The notes under the pieces: generated by a model
Databases searched by the model: none
Told to the model about the DNA's origin: nothing
The model's input: the letters and a program-made list of their open reading frames with translations, nothing else
Source: Candidatus Heimdallarchaeota archaeon
Lineage (GTDB): Archaea; Asgardarchaeota; Heimdallarchaeia; Hodarchaeales; Hodarchaeaceae
DNA: 64,000 bases
Assembly (NCBI GenBank): GCA_020353515.1
Contig: CP070695.1
Coordinates: 2,937,231 to 3,001,230 of the forward strand
Direction of reading: 5' to 3'
Program-made: the position numbers and the translations under genes
Shown here: positions 31,096 through 40,975 of the stretch, piece by piece
Layout: each line of letters begins with the position of its first letter
Position numbering within the stretch: the stretch's first letter is position 1

Positions 31096-32487
31096 ATGAC
31101 AAAAAATTTCAGTCCAACAAGCAATCTCATTGCATTATGTTTAGCCTCATTTGTTGTAGTAACAGGATTTGGAGTCATATTACCCTTCTTCCCCTTATAC
31201 GCTAAAGAGATATTATTTAAGTTCTACTTCCTCGGTTTCCCGATTGGAATAGCTTTCCAAATCGGGATAATGACCTCTGCTTTTATGTTTACAAGATTTC
31301 TTTTAGCTCCAGCATATGGCGACCTATCCGATGTTTCAGGACGAAAACCTATAATCCTAGTCGGAATGAGTATATACACATTTCTATTGTTCGGATTTGG
31401 TCTTGCATTTGACTTTTTATCGTTATTAACTTTGCGAGGATTGCAGGGAATAGCTTCTGCTGCTGTTTGGCCAGTTGGAGAGGCATTAATTGTCGATACA
31501 TCTTCTAAAACCTCAACAGGGAGAAATTTAGGCTATTATATTATGTCCATGCAGGCAGGAATGGCAGCTGGCCCATTTATAGGCTTTATCTTTTATGCAA
31601 GCCTAAATGGATTTGTTGGTTTCCCTCCATTGTTAGCATATCGTTTGACTTTCATATGTCAGGGGATTATGGGGCTTCTAGCAACTATAATAGTAGCTCT
31701 CTTGGTCAAAGATCCGAGTCAATTTGAGAAAGAGCCTTTATCCATCATTGCTAGTTTCGTGATTGCAATAAAACAGATGGGAAGAAAAACGATCCAGAGT
31801 CCAAAATATCTAATAACAATATTCTCTGGTTCAGCAGTTTATAGGAATAAGAGTCTTTATACAATTTATTTAGTAGCCATAATCAATGGTTTTGGTAATG
31901 CTATGATCTTTCCAATTATTGCCCTCTTTCTTGATGATTATTATTTATTAGACCCTGAAATCATCGCTTTGGTCATTGGTGTTGTAGGTATTCTTGCACT
32001 TTCTGGAAATCCCTTAGGTGGAATATTAAGTGATAAATTTGCTCGTAAACATGTTGTGTGGATATCTGGGTTACTGAGAGGAGTACTTTACCTTTTCTTA
32101 GGAATTAAATGGGGACTATTAGCAGCTATTATTGTCTTTACTTTTCAACGTTTTCTATGGGCTATTTATCAACCTGCATTTAGAGCCACGCAGAGTGAAT
32201 TGATACCAGAAGCAGTTCGAGGAAAAGAATTCGGATTAGTGCAAGCACTCTTTAACCTTGGTTCTGTACTAGGACCTATAATAGGTGGAGCTTTATATGA
32301 TCAATTATTAGGTATAACTTTCAATTTATCTGGTGTGGTGTACCTAGGGGCTGGTATAACATTTGCAGTTGCTGGAATTTTTGGGATAATTGGGAGTATC
32401 ACATTCTTAAAATTCGTAACTATAAATCCCCTAGAAACCCAGAAAAAGGCAATTTTTGTTGCAGAATCATCAACTAGTGAAAAATAA
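31096..32487 (+). CDS. MFS transporter
   Basis: GDLSDVSGRKP and GILSDKFARK motif A in both halves; about 12 TM segments. Confidence 0.9.
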   Translation: MTKNFSPTSNLIALCLASFVVVTGFGVILPFFPLYAKEILFKFYFLGFPIGIAFQIGIMTSAFMFTRFLLAPAYGDLSDVSGRKPIILVGMSIYTFLLFGFGLAFDFLSLLTLRGLQGIASAAVWPVGEALIVDTSSKTSTGRNLGYYIMSMQAGMAAGPFIGFIFYASLNGFVGFPPLLAYRLTFICQGIMGLLATIIVALLVKDPSQFEKEPLSIIASFVIAIKQMGRKTIQSPKYLITIFSGSAVYRNKSLYTIYLVAIINGFGNAMIFPIIALFLDDYYLLDPEIIALVIGVVGILALSGNPLGGILSDKFARKHVVWISGLLRGVLYLFLGIKWGLLAAIIVFTFQRFLWAIYQPAFRATQSELIPEAVRGKEFGLVQALFNLGSVLGPIIGGALYDQLLGITFNLSGVVYLGAGITFAVAGIFGIIGSITFLKFVTINPLETQKKAIFVAESSTSEK

Positions 32488-32514
32488 CTGAATATCCTTT
32501 TTTCTGTATGCAAA

Positions 32515-32985
32515 TCACTTATCTAAGAATTTTTCTAGAAGTATTGCTTCAAGGATAGAACCATGTCGCTCAATTCGCGTTTTAATAAGTGATTGAAATC
32601 CATTCTTGGTGTAGAAATCCTCTGATTGATCTACTGAGTTTACGATAATTGATGGAAACCCTTTTTCGTACGCTTCCCTCTCAAGGAATCTTATAATTCT
32701 TGAACCAATTCCCCTCCTTTGATACTTGGATTCAACATACATATGTCTGATTTCATTCTCTTTCAATGCCCCCATACCAATAATTTTATCTTTGAGACTA
32801 GCGACGATGATTATACGATCAGTAGCTATTTTTTGAATATATTCACTTGTCCGACTATTAGATATCTGGATTCTTACTTCTATGGGAAGATTCGTTGCAT
32901 GATTAAGGAAATGATCTTGCATAAGAGAGCTGCACCGTTGTGCATCCTCCATTTTAAAATGACGTAATGCTATGTTTGAATCCAT
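32515..32985 (-). CDS. GNAT family N-acetyltransferase
   Basis: MYVESKYQRRGIGS and FYTKNGF. Confidence 0.88.
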   Translation of the reverse strand: MDSNIALRHFKMEDAQRCSSLMQDHFLNHATNLPIEVRIQISNSRTSEYIQKIATDRIIIVASLKDKIIGMGALKENEIRHMYVESKYQRRGIGSRIIRFLEREAYEKGFPSIIVNSVDQSEDFYTKNGFQSLIKTRIERHGSILEAILLEKFLDK

Positions 32986-32997
32986 AAATTCACCGTT

Positions 32998-33384
32998 TTA
33001 TAGATCAAAAAGAGTTTTGAGAAAGGTATGTTTTTCTGATTTTAAAAGTGTCCATTTCCCCTTCCTATCTCGTGATATCAATCCAGCATCGTCCAAGATA
33101 GTTAAATGATGAGAAACTGTTGCTTGAGCGAGTCCTGTAATAAACTCTAGTTCACAAGGACATGAAGCTCCCTTATCTATTGACATTAATATATCAAGTC
33201 GTGTTGGCTGATTTAACGCTTTCACTAATTTTCTACCCTCCTTGTATTGATTTTGTTGTTTTGAGGACGAGATGAGATCTTTAATCCGCATTAATTCATT
33301 GATTCTTGCTGGAACGGATTCCCATTTTACCAATTGCATATCGAGAAGTTCAGTAAGTTTCCTTTCGAGTTCCGAATCTCCCAT
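32998..33384 (-). CDS. arsR: ArsR family regulator (CxC motif, arsenite-sensor-like)
   Basis: KALNQPTRLDIL, SCPCEL and SHHLTILDDAGLI; divergent from ars operon remnants. Confidence 0.85.
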   Translation of the reverse strand: MGDSELERKLTELLDMQLVKWESVPARINELMRIKDLISSSKQQNQYKEGRKLVKALNQPTRLDILMSIDKGASCPCELEFITGLAQATVSHHLTILDDAGLISRDRKGKWTLLKSEKHTFLKTLFDL

Positions 33385-33451
33385 TAACTAGTTCTCCAAT
33401 CTATGATTATTTCTTTAATATTATGAAGATGACACGAATGAGTCGTTTCGA

Positions 33452-33481
33452 CAAATCGATATATTTAAAAATTTCGATTTG
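33452..33481. promoter_or_regulatory. Candidate ArsR operator flanking a TATA box
   Basis: Perfect inverted repeat CAAATCGA-N14-TCGATTTG with TATTTAAAAA in the spacer. Confidence 0.6.
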
Positions 33482-33527
33482 ATATCATATTTCATAACAA
33501 TTCTTATCGAATGAAGGCGTAGAGGCA

Positions 33528-33824
33528 GTGAACCTAATTGAAATTCTTCAAGGAGCTGGGGAAAGTTCAATTTTAACTCTTTTTGATTATCTTTCTCTTC
33601 ATGTTAAAATTTAATATTCTGAAACAGTGACCTTATCATTTACCGCTGCTTCAAACAATTTCGAATTAGCTATTGCTGTAGGTATAGCCACCTTTGGTAT
33701 TAATTCTGATCAAGCGTTAGCTACTGTAGTTGGACCTCTCATCGAGGTGCCAGTCCTATTAACCCTAGTCTATCTTGCTCTTTGGTTAAAAAAGTACTTG
33801 TTTAAAAATGAATTACAATGTTGA
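33528..33824 (+). pseudogene. acr3: Deletion scar: 5' end of an ArsP/DUF318-like permease joined to the 3' end of Acr3
   Basis: MNLIEILQGAGESSILTLFDYLSLHVKI* continues in the same frame as [22 protein letters not shown]...[11 protein letters not shown] (Acr3 C-terminal signature). Confidence 0.85.
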
Positions 33825-33852
33825 ATATATGCGAATAGGAAGTCTATAGATA

Positions 33853-34101
33853 ATGTCAAAAATAATAGTTGAAGTATTTGGTCCTGGTTGTGCCAAATGT
33901 AAAGCCCTGAAACACAATGCTGAAGAAGCCCTTGAAAAATTGGGTTGGAATGATGCAGAACTTCGGTATATCACGAATGTCGAAGAATATATTGAACGAG
34001 GAATTGCATCCACCCCCGCTCTAGCAGTAAATGGAAAGGTCATTCTCTCTGGAAAATATCTTCCCACGGACAATCTAGTGGAATTACTCCAAAAATATTA
34101 A
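33853..34101 (+). CDS. Small redox-active disulfide protein (MTH895/Thioredoxin_3-like)
   Basis: VFGPGCAKC and STPALAVNG; a usual ars-operon partner. Confidence 0.88.
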   Translation: MSKIIVEVFGPGCAKCKALKHNAEEALEKLGWNDAELRYITNVEEYIERGIASTPALAVNGKVILSGKYLPTDNLVELLQKY

Positions 34102-34561
34102 GAAAAAAGAATTCTTAGGATGGATTCTCCTCGCGCAATAGAGCTTGGGGGAAGGAGTAGATCTGTTTTCATAAATGGTGAATTGATCGCTATATTCAAT
34201 CTTGAACAGAGGCTGAAAGAGCTATAAAATCAACATTTACGACAATTAACCTTGGTAGCTAGAATTTAATCCAACGATTGAAGATAATTTTCTAAGATTA
34301 ATTGATGTTGATATTATGAGATCAATTTACCAGAAAAGATAGTTCTGTTAACAATTATATGTAGCCTTTGGCGGTTATAGATGTCAATATGGGAAGATAA
34401 AAATAAACTTAGATTGTTCTTGTTACATACTCTTGTTTTGTAAATACGAGAATGAATCAGCTTTAAAAATCCTAGATTATCAATCCTTGATAATGTATTA
34501 AAAGGCAAAAGTCTGTGTTGAACACATTAATACTGGTAGTGCGTAAATAAAAAAGTTAAAG

Positions 34562-34822
34562 TTGGACGTAAAAGTGAGAAGATTTGCTTTTCAAGAACTT
34601 GCATATGCTATTGTAGTAGCAGCCGCATATGGTTTGATAATAGGTATTTATGTCACGAGTGTGATCGATCTTGTTATTATTGAGGCACTACCTCTTTATA
34701 TTATCTTGTGGGTATTATTCATTTGTATGCATCTTGGTGGGATATTTTTGCTTGTAAAACTTGAAGAAATGCAAGAAAATACACAAAAATCAAAAACTTC
34801 ATCAGAGAATGAACAAAAATAA
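34562..34822 (+). CDS. Small two-TM membrane protein
   Basis: Two hydrophobic segments and a polar tail. Confidence 0.55.
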   Translation: MDVKVRRFAFQELAYAIVVAAAYGLIIGIYVTSVIDLVIIEALPLYIILWVLFICMHLGGIFLLVKLEEMQENTQKSKTSSENEQK

Positions 34823-34854
34823 GTTAATAGAAGACTAGCGAGAGGAAAATGATT

Positions 34855-37107
34855 TTATATAGCTAAAATCTCATCTTTCGACATTTCAGAGATTTTTACC
34901 CAAATTTTTTCTAGTTCTGGTAAAATTTCAGAAATATTTTTTACATTTCCATCAATGATTTTCTGAGCTAGAGAGTCAAGAATTTCTTTCATGTGGTCTG
35001 ACATTTCTGTGGTCTTTTCTTGATCATCATTTAAATCTTTCAATCTCATTTTTATACTACGATGCTCCTGTTCCAACCCAAAGATTTCTGGGAATTGATC
35101 TTTTAATAAATTTAATATGGAATTTTGAATCTTGAGATTTACTTCATTAAAGACTCTTTTTAAGACAATTTCATTGAAATAAAGAACTCTCTCAGCATGT
35201 AACCGAACTTGTCTTTCTCTTTTCAGAGCTTCTTGATGTTCTCTTTCAGCCACTTTCATTGCTTCGATACGTTCTTTTTCCTTCTTTATTACGAGATCAA
35301 TCCTATCAGTAACAGATTCATCAGTGGAGGAAACACCGAACGACTTACTAATATCTCCTGACAACCAAAGGCTTCCTGGTTCATATAGACTCTCTACAGT
35401 TGCACGAGTAATATAATTCTCCAATTTTGCTGCTCGAGCATCAGCCATTGATTTAATCCTTAAATCTGTTAATAATTGGTTAATTTTACTAAAAACCTGC
35501 CTATGTTTCAATGATTTTGCTTGGTACTCTAATGAGGCTTCATTTTGACAAAGAAGTCCAACTAGTTTTGATTCATCACTTGAAAAAAGAATAGACAAAT
35601 TTTTACCAGGATAATTTTGAAGCTCATAAAGGAATTCCACAGGATGAAGACTTATTTCAAGGTTTTGGTCATTTTGGAGTAATATTAACCTAAAAACATT
35701 CGAACAATGATCAATAATGATTTTTATGTGATCCAACAAGCGTTCTGTTTGATCTTTGCTAATCATACTAGATTTAATGCCAAGAGTATCCATTCGTTTA
35801 GACGTGATAGACTTAGGTGAGTCTAGTAACATTTCAATGATTGTTTGCTGTTTATCTTGCTTTAGAAGACAAACAGGGATAAAACCCTGCTCACGTAGCT
35901 CATCTTTTAATTCTAGGAAATTATATTCTTCTTGTAAATTGTGGATATACATTTCCATCCAAGCTGATGATAATATTTTCATGTGTTCAACATCAATGTC
36001 ACCTTGAACGTTTAAACGACTTAAAATCCCTCTAATATCTAGACAACGTTGTTTAGAATAAGAAATAATTGATTGTAGATTTACATTTTGTTCTGAGAGC
36101 ATCAAGTAGTTCCAATTTCCTAGTGTGTTTGAATGACCATTATCAGATTGTCTTTCCTCAAAGTTATGGATATAGAAGAACCTTTCTTCTGGCCTTTGGT
36201 TAGGAATCCTAATTTGAACATGAAATTTGGCAAAAAGCAATTGATAAGGGTTATCAGGTCGACTTGATGTATGATTAAGATAGAGAGAATTCTTCAATTC
36301 TTCCTCTAAGAGTTCCAGAATCTCTTTGGAAACTATCTGTTCATCATAAGTAATAGGGGAAAATAACTCTCTAGAGGTTGTGTCATAAAAAACGGAAGTA
36401 GCAAATTCATATGAACGTCTACCAATATCACCAAACGATTCTAGTTCTTTTACATCATCGAACTTTCTAGTAAAATAATTTTCAACAAATGGGCAGATAA
36501 CAAAAAATCCTGCATCAAAAAAGACTAAAGGATCCATTTTCTCAATAGAAAAATTAGATTTAATATCTTCAAAAAATTCTGAAGCAAATCCTTTATTTAA
36601 AGCACCAGCTAACTCTGCCATTGCCCATCTCAAATCTAAGTTGGGAACCACTTCTTTTAAGAATGAAAAGAACGAAACCGCATATATATCAACTAGATTG
36701 GTCATGATTACTTTTGGATTCACTATTAAACGAGCGTGAGTAACTAAATCTTTCTCTATCTTAACTGCCCAATCATAAAGAAGGGAATATACATGTACGA
36801 GAGACTCAAAATCCATTGTCAGATGTTTCTTAGCCTCGATGAGATTTTCTAGCACAACTTTGACTCGGTCATCCTCATCGACCTTATCTCTTGCTTCTTT
36901 ATCTCGTTTTAGTTTGTCCATGACATAATTTGCAAGGTAAAAGGCAGATACAGCTGTATCAATGTCTGTATGGTATGAACTTGCCAAGTTTTGTAAAAGT
37001 TCATCGTACATAACTTTATACGTACCAAAAATTTCTAGAACATTTCTCCTTCTCTCTAAAACGCCTTTGAGCTCATCAATTAAGGACATACCGTATTCGA
37101 CGGCCAT
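34855..37107 (-). CDS. Large hypothetical protein with C-terminal coiled coil
   Basis: 750-aa open frame, helical composition, charged stretch KKEKERIEAMKVAEREHQEALKRERQ; no motif recognised. Confidence 0.7.
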   Translation of the reverse strand: MAVEYGMSLIDELKGVLERRRNVLEIFGTYKVMYDELLQNLASSYHTDIDTAVSAFYLANYVMDKLKRDKEARDKVDEDDRVKVVLENLIEAKKHLTMDFESLVHVYSLLYDWAVKIEKDLVTHARLIVNPKVIMTNLVDIYAVSFFSFLKEVVPNLDLRWAMAELAGALNKGFASEFFEDIKSNFSIEKMDPLVFFDAGFFVICPFVENYFTRKFDDVKELESFGDIGRRSYEFATSVFYDTTSRELFSPITYDEQIVSKEILELLEEELKNSLYLNHTSSRPDNPYQLLFAKFHVQIRIPNQRPEERFFYIHNFEERQSDNGHSNTLGNWNYLMLSEQNVNLQSIISYSKQRCLDIRGILSRLNVQGDIDVEHMKILSSAWMEMYIHNLQEEYNFLELKDELREQGFIPVCLLKQDKQQTIIEMLLDSPKSITSKRMDTLGIKSSMISKDQTERLLDHIKIIIDHCSNVFRLILLQNDQNLEISLHPVEFLYELQNYPGKNLSILFSSDESKLVGLLCQNEASLEYQAKSLKHRQVFSKINQLLTDLRIKSMADARAAKLENYITRATVESLYEPGSLWLSGDISKSFGVSSTDESVTDRIDLVIKKEKERIEAMKVAEREHQEALKRERQVRLHAERVLYFNEIVLKRVFNEVNLKIQNSILNLLKDQFPEIFGLEQEHRSIKMRLKDLNDDQEKTTEMSDHMKEILDSLAQKIIDGNVKNISEILPELEKIWVKISEMSKDEILAI

Positions 37108-37226
37108 TATATCACCAGAGAGTATCCAAATAACGAATCAGAAATATAAAGACGGTGACTGTTAATATGTATTTGCCAAAGAAATATTTCAGATTTTAAA
37201 TTTCAGAGATGTTCTTAACGATTATC

Positions 37227-39332
37227 TTATCTCAGAAGCCTTAATGAGTTCAGTACCGTCAAAATTGTAACGCCAACGTCCCCAAACACAGCAGCCCACA
37301 TTGTTGCAAGCCCCATAGCTCCCAAAAGAATGAAGATTGCCTTTATACCTAAAGCCAAAACAATATTTTGTTTTGCTAATCTGTTTGTCTTTTTGGCGAT
37401 ATCTATGGCATCACTTAATTTTGAAGGATTATCTTCCATGATAACTAAGTCTGCTGCTTCAATAGTAGCATCTGAACCGATACCACCCATTGCAACTCCG
37501 ATATCTGCTCTTGCAATAACTGGTGCATCGTTAATTCCATCTCCTACAAAAATAACGGCCCCAACTCCATTTTTCTTGTAGATATATCTTTCCAAAATTT
37601 CTAATTTATTTAAAGGCATTAAATTGGCATATATTTCCGATTGATCTATTCCTAATTCTTTTCCAACTCTCTCTGCAACATTTTTACTGTCACCAGTTAA
37701 CAAACCAATATTTAAGATACCTTGAGACTTCAATCTCTTAACTGCTTCATAAGAGCTGGTTTTAATCTGATCATCGATAATAATATGACCGATGTACTCC
37801 CCATTCCTTATTACATAAACAGCAGTCTCATCACGAATGCATTCTGAATGAGGACAATTTACTTTATGAGTCAGTTTATCATTTCCCACAACGATCGATT
37901 CATTAGATTTTGTCTTCATCATTATTCCTAAAGCAGGGAGCTCTTCATATTCCTCAATCTGTGTTAAATCCACTTGTTTTCCATAAGCCTCACGAATCGA
38001 AGCTGCAATGGGGTGTGTAGAATGCGCTTCTGCAAGTGCCGCATAGGCAAGAATATCATGAGGGCTGTAATCTGGGATTGGTACTATTGTTATCACTTTA
38101 AACTTACCTACAGTCAATGTTCCCGTCTTATCCCACAATACGGTTGATACTTCATTGAGTGAATCAATCACATTAGCACCTTTCAGTAGAATTCCCTCTC
38201 GTGAACTCTTACCAATTCCGGAAAAATAAACTAACGGGATTGAAACAACTAAAGCACAAGGGCAGGAGATGACTAGAATAACAAAAGCACGATACACCCA
38301 CACATCAAAGGCTTGTCTGAATAATAATGGGGGAATTATTGCAATGAAGAGAGCTAATAAAAGAACCAACGGAGTGTAGTAACGAGCAAATCGAGTGATG
38401 AATAATTCCGTTTTAGATTTATTTTTAGCTGCATTTTCAACAGCATTCAAGATTCTTGAAACTGTAGAGTCATAACAGGGAGATGTTACCTGAATGTGAA
38501 TACTGCTACTTGTTATTGAACCTGAAAGAACTTCATCGTCTTCTTTTACAACTACAGGTCGGGATTCCCCAGTCAGAGTCGTCATATCTAAGTTTGAATG
38601 TCCTTTTACAATCTTTCCATCTAATGGAATTCGTTCTCCTGGTTTTACTAAAATGATATCATCAGGTTTTACTTCTGCGATGGGAACAGTTGTGATGCTA
38701 TCTGCAACAACAAGGTGAGCTTGATCTGGCCGTATATCCAACAGAGAACCAATTGATTGTCTTGAATGATTAATTGCCTTGGTCTGTAAGTATTCTCCTA
38801 TTGTGTAAAAGACCATGACAGCTACAGCTTCAGGTATTTCCTGAATTATAATTGCTCCAATGGTAGCCACAGACATCAGGATATACTCATTTGTAAAATC
38901 ATAGTTTCGTAACTGAAGAATCGCATTTTTAAGTACTTTCCAACCAGCGATGAAATATGCGAGAAAAAAAGACATATAACCAGTCAATATGACTTGTTCT
39001 GTCATTGAGGGATTTGTTAGCACGATTCCAAGTCCAAGAAGCAGTAAAGAAACAGTGATTCGAACAATTGCGATCCAATTCCTGTCTTGTGGTTGATCCA
39101 TGGTTATCTCAGGAAAAGCCTGAGCTCCTGGTTCAATTTTTGAAATGATCGCATTAATCTCTTTTGAATGAGAATCACATTTTTTCTCCCCACAACTAAA
39201 AGTAAGCACTCTTGTGGCAAAGTTTAATTGGACGTCTGCGAAATTTTGATCTTTTAGTGTATTTTCTATCTTAAGCGCACAATTCGCACAGCTTAATCCT
39301 TTGATGGAATATTTATGGACATCCTGCCCCAT
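37227..39332 (-). CDS. cadA: Heavy-metal P1B-type ATPase (CadA/ZntA-like)
   Basis: N-terminal CANC HMA domain, TGES, SCPCAL, DKTGTLT, HP and GDGINDAP. Confidence 0.93.
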   Translation of the reverse strand: MGQDVHKYSIKGLSCANCALKIENTLKDQNFADVQLNFATRVLTFSCGEKKCDSHSKEINAIISKIEPGAQAFPEITMDQPQDRNWIAIVRITVSLLLLGLGIVLTNPSMTEQVILTGYMSFFLAYFIAGWKVLKNAILQLRNYDFTNEYILMSVATIGAIIIQEIPEAVAVMVFYTIGEYLQTKAINHSRQSIGSLLDIRPDQAHLVVADSITTVPIAEVKPDDIILVKPGERIPLDGKIVKGHSNLDMTTLTGESRPVVVKEDDEVLSGSITSSSIHIQVTSPCYDSTVSRILNAVENAAKNKSKTELFITRFARYYTPLVLLLALFIAIIPPLLFRQAFDVWVYRAFVILVISCPCALVVSIPLVYFSGIGKSSREGILLKGANVIDSLNEVSTVLWDKTGTLTVGKFKVITIVPIPDYSPHDILAYAALAEAHSTHPIAASIREAYGKQVDLTQIEEYEELPALGIMMKTKSNESIVVGNDKLTHKVNCPHSECIRDETAVYVIRNGEYIGHIIIDDQIKTSSYEAVKRLKSQGILNIGLLTGDSKNVAERVGKELGIDQSEIYANLMPLNKLEILERYIYKKNGVGAVIFVGDGINDAPVIARADIGVAMGGIGSDATIEAADLVIMEDNPSKLSDAIDIAKKTNRLAKQNIVLALGIKAIFILLGAMGLATMWAAVFGDVGVTILTVLNSLRLLR

Positions 39333-39337
39333 GTCGA

Positions 39338-39700
39338 CTACTCTCCACCTACAGGATGTACTTTAAGATGTTCCAATGCATTTTCTAAAATTGGTTCTAA
39401 GTGCTCAATTTCAAGTGAATAATAATTTTCCTTGCCCTCACGACGGAATTTGACAAAGTTCCCTTCTCGAAGTTCCTTCAATTGATGAGAAATTGCTGAA
39501 GGAGATAATCCTAAGATTTCACTAAGATCACAAACACATAGTTCAGTCTCAAGTAATGCTAAAAGAATCCTAATCCTAGTTTCTCCAGAAACCATTCTAA
39601 AAAATTTAGTTAATTTGGTGGGATTTGATTCATCAATCTTTTTACGAGCATATGCTATCTGTTCAGGATGAATTTCGATTGTTTTACAAGGTTCAACCAT
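39338..39700 (-). CDS. CadC/SmtB-type ArsR metal-sensing repressor
   Basis: N-terminal Cys/His, ELCVCDL and SAISHQLKELR; directly upstream of the ATPase. Confidence 0.9.
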   Translation of the reverse strand: MVEPCKTIEIHPEQIAYARKKIDESNPTKLTKFFRMVSGETRIRILLALLETELCVCDLSEILGLSPSAISHQLKELREGNFVKFRREGKENYYSLEIEHLEPILENALEHLKVHPVGGE

Positions 39701-39751
39701 TGGTAACCAAACTCTTAGGAATAAACTCTATCTAAGAAGTTATTAACAATA

Positions 39752-39783
39752 GTTTATAAAAATATTTGAGCACTTCCTCAAAT
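39752..39783. promoter_or_regulatory. TATA box and SmtB/CadC-like operator
   Basis: TTTATAAA at ~39752 and ATTTGAG-N6-CTCAAAT at 39764-39783. Confidence 0.6.
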
Positions 39784-39871
39784 GTGTTGCTTTTTATTCT
39801 AGTTTTAATTAAAGAATTTTAAGGAAATTAAGAGTGATGCTAAACGAATCAATTAAAAGTACTTATTTTTC

Positions 39872-40468
39872 TCAAATATTCCCTAAATTGTATTTTTTCA
39901 ACTCTTGGGAGATTTTTGTCTTCACACCAGCTGTTATTTCTTCCTGCCACGTTTTTAATAGCGAAAATATGACCCCATGATGTTCCATACGCTTCAATCC
40001 GATCTCATGTTCAATGTTATTCCTGGAAAAGGTCATATCCGTTAGAATAACAACTAGAAATCCATGGGATTGAAGATCAATTGCAGTTTGGGCAATACAC
40101 ACATCAGTTTCAAAACCACAAAGTACCGCTATCTGACGGTGGGTATTTCTAATTGCTACTTGGATATCTCTCTGGCCCCAGCAACTATAAACATATTTAT
40201 CAAAAATTTTAGTGTTTGAGGGGAGTGTATCTAGAAATATGTCTGGTAAGGACCCATTCTTCTTGATATCTTCAGCTGTGATAATGAGAGGGATATTCAA
40301 GACGCCAGAAAGTCTAATCAGATGTGTAAACTTTTGTAAAAAGATTAACTGCTCTTTGTTTGTTATCCCTTTCATGAATGTTGATTGGACATCAATAATC
40401 ATGATAAAACAATTATCAACTTCAATTAATTCTGAAGAACGAGAAACAGGTTCAAAATTTTCTTCCAT
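39872..40468 (-). CDS. Isochorismatase/cysteine hydrolase family protein
   Basis: IIDVQ, K..YSCW and CGFETDVCIAQTAID. Confidence 0.88.
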   Translation of the reverse strand: MEENFEPVSRSSELIEVDNCFIMIIDVQSTFMKGITNKEQLIFLQKFTHLIRLSGVLNIPLIITAEDIKKNGSLPDIFLDTLPSNTKIFDKYVYSCWGQRDIQVAIRNTHRQIAVLCGFETDVCIAQTAIDLQSHGFLVVILTDMTFSRNNIEHEIGLKRMEHHGVIFSLLKTWQEEITAGVKTKISQELKKYNLGNI

Positions 40469-40577
40469 TTTGAATCATCCTTAGATGTAACGTCATATAA
40501 TCTTAAAAGGAATGAAGCATTAAAATTAGCTGATTCTCAATATCAACAGTCAATGTTAGAATAAGGAGCTAGTAATT

Positions 40578-40712
40578 GTGATTCTCATTCAAACCTATCA
40601 AGAGCTCTATTATGCCTTAAAAGTCCTTCAGTTATTAAAAGAAAGTGATAAACTGTTATATGAAAGACTCTATGAACAAATTACAGACCAAATTGAGAAA
40701 CTAATTCAATGA
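40578..40712 (+). CDS. Unannotated 44-aa helical microprotein
   Basis: AAGGAG RBS and GTG start: MILIQTYQELYYALKVLQLLKESDKLLYERLYEQITDQIEKLIQ. Confidence 0.45.
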   Translation: MILIQTYQELYYALKVLQLLKESDKLLYERLYEQITDQIEKLIQ

Positions 40713-40975
40713 TCAGTCTGAACTAATTCGTTTTAGAGTTAAACGATTTGATCTTACATAGAAATCTCACCTAGTATGAAATTCATCTGAAATGTCATTG
40801 CAATACATTGCTTATTCAGAGTTGTTTAAATTGATTCGATTATATTAATAAAACATACAGAAATAAATACGTGAAATCAATCAAAAATCGGAGATAATAC
40901 TCCTTTCTGGTTAAATCGTTCTTCCAACATATTTATTTTTACCTGATCATTTCTATAGGAATTTGATGTGATTCT

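Noticed and set aside
33612-33614. Stop-codon readthrough producing a functional ArsP-Acr3 fusion
   Set aside because: The codon is TAA, and the product would hold only fragments of two transporters; a deletion scar is simpler.
34120-34508. Short ORFs MDSPRAIELGG... (34120-34227, +) and 34314..34508 (-)
   Set aside because: No recognisable family; probably decayed fragments or chance ORFs.
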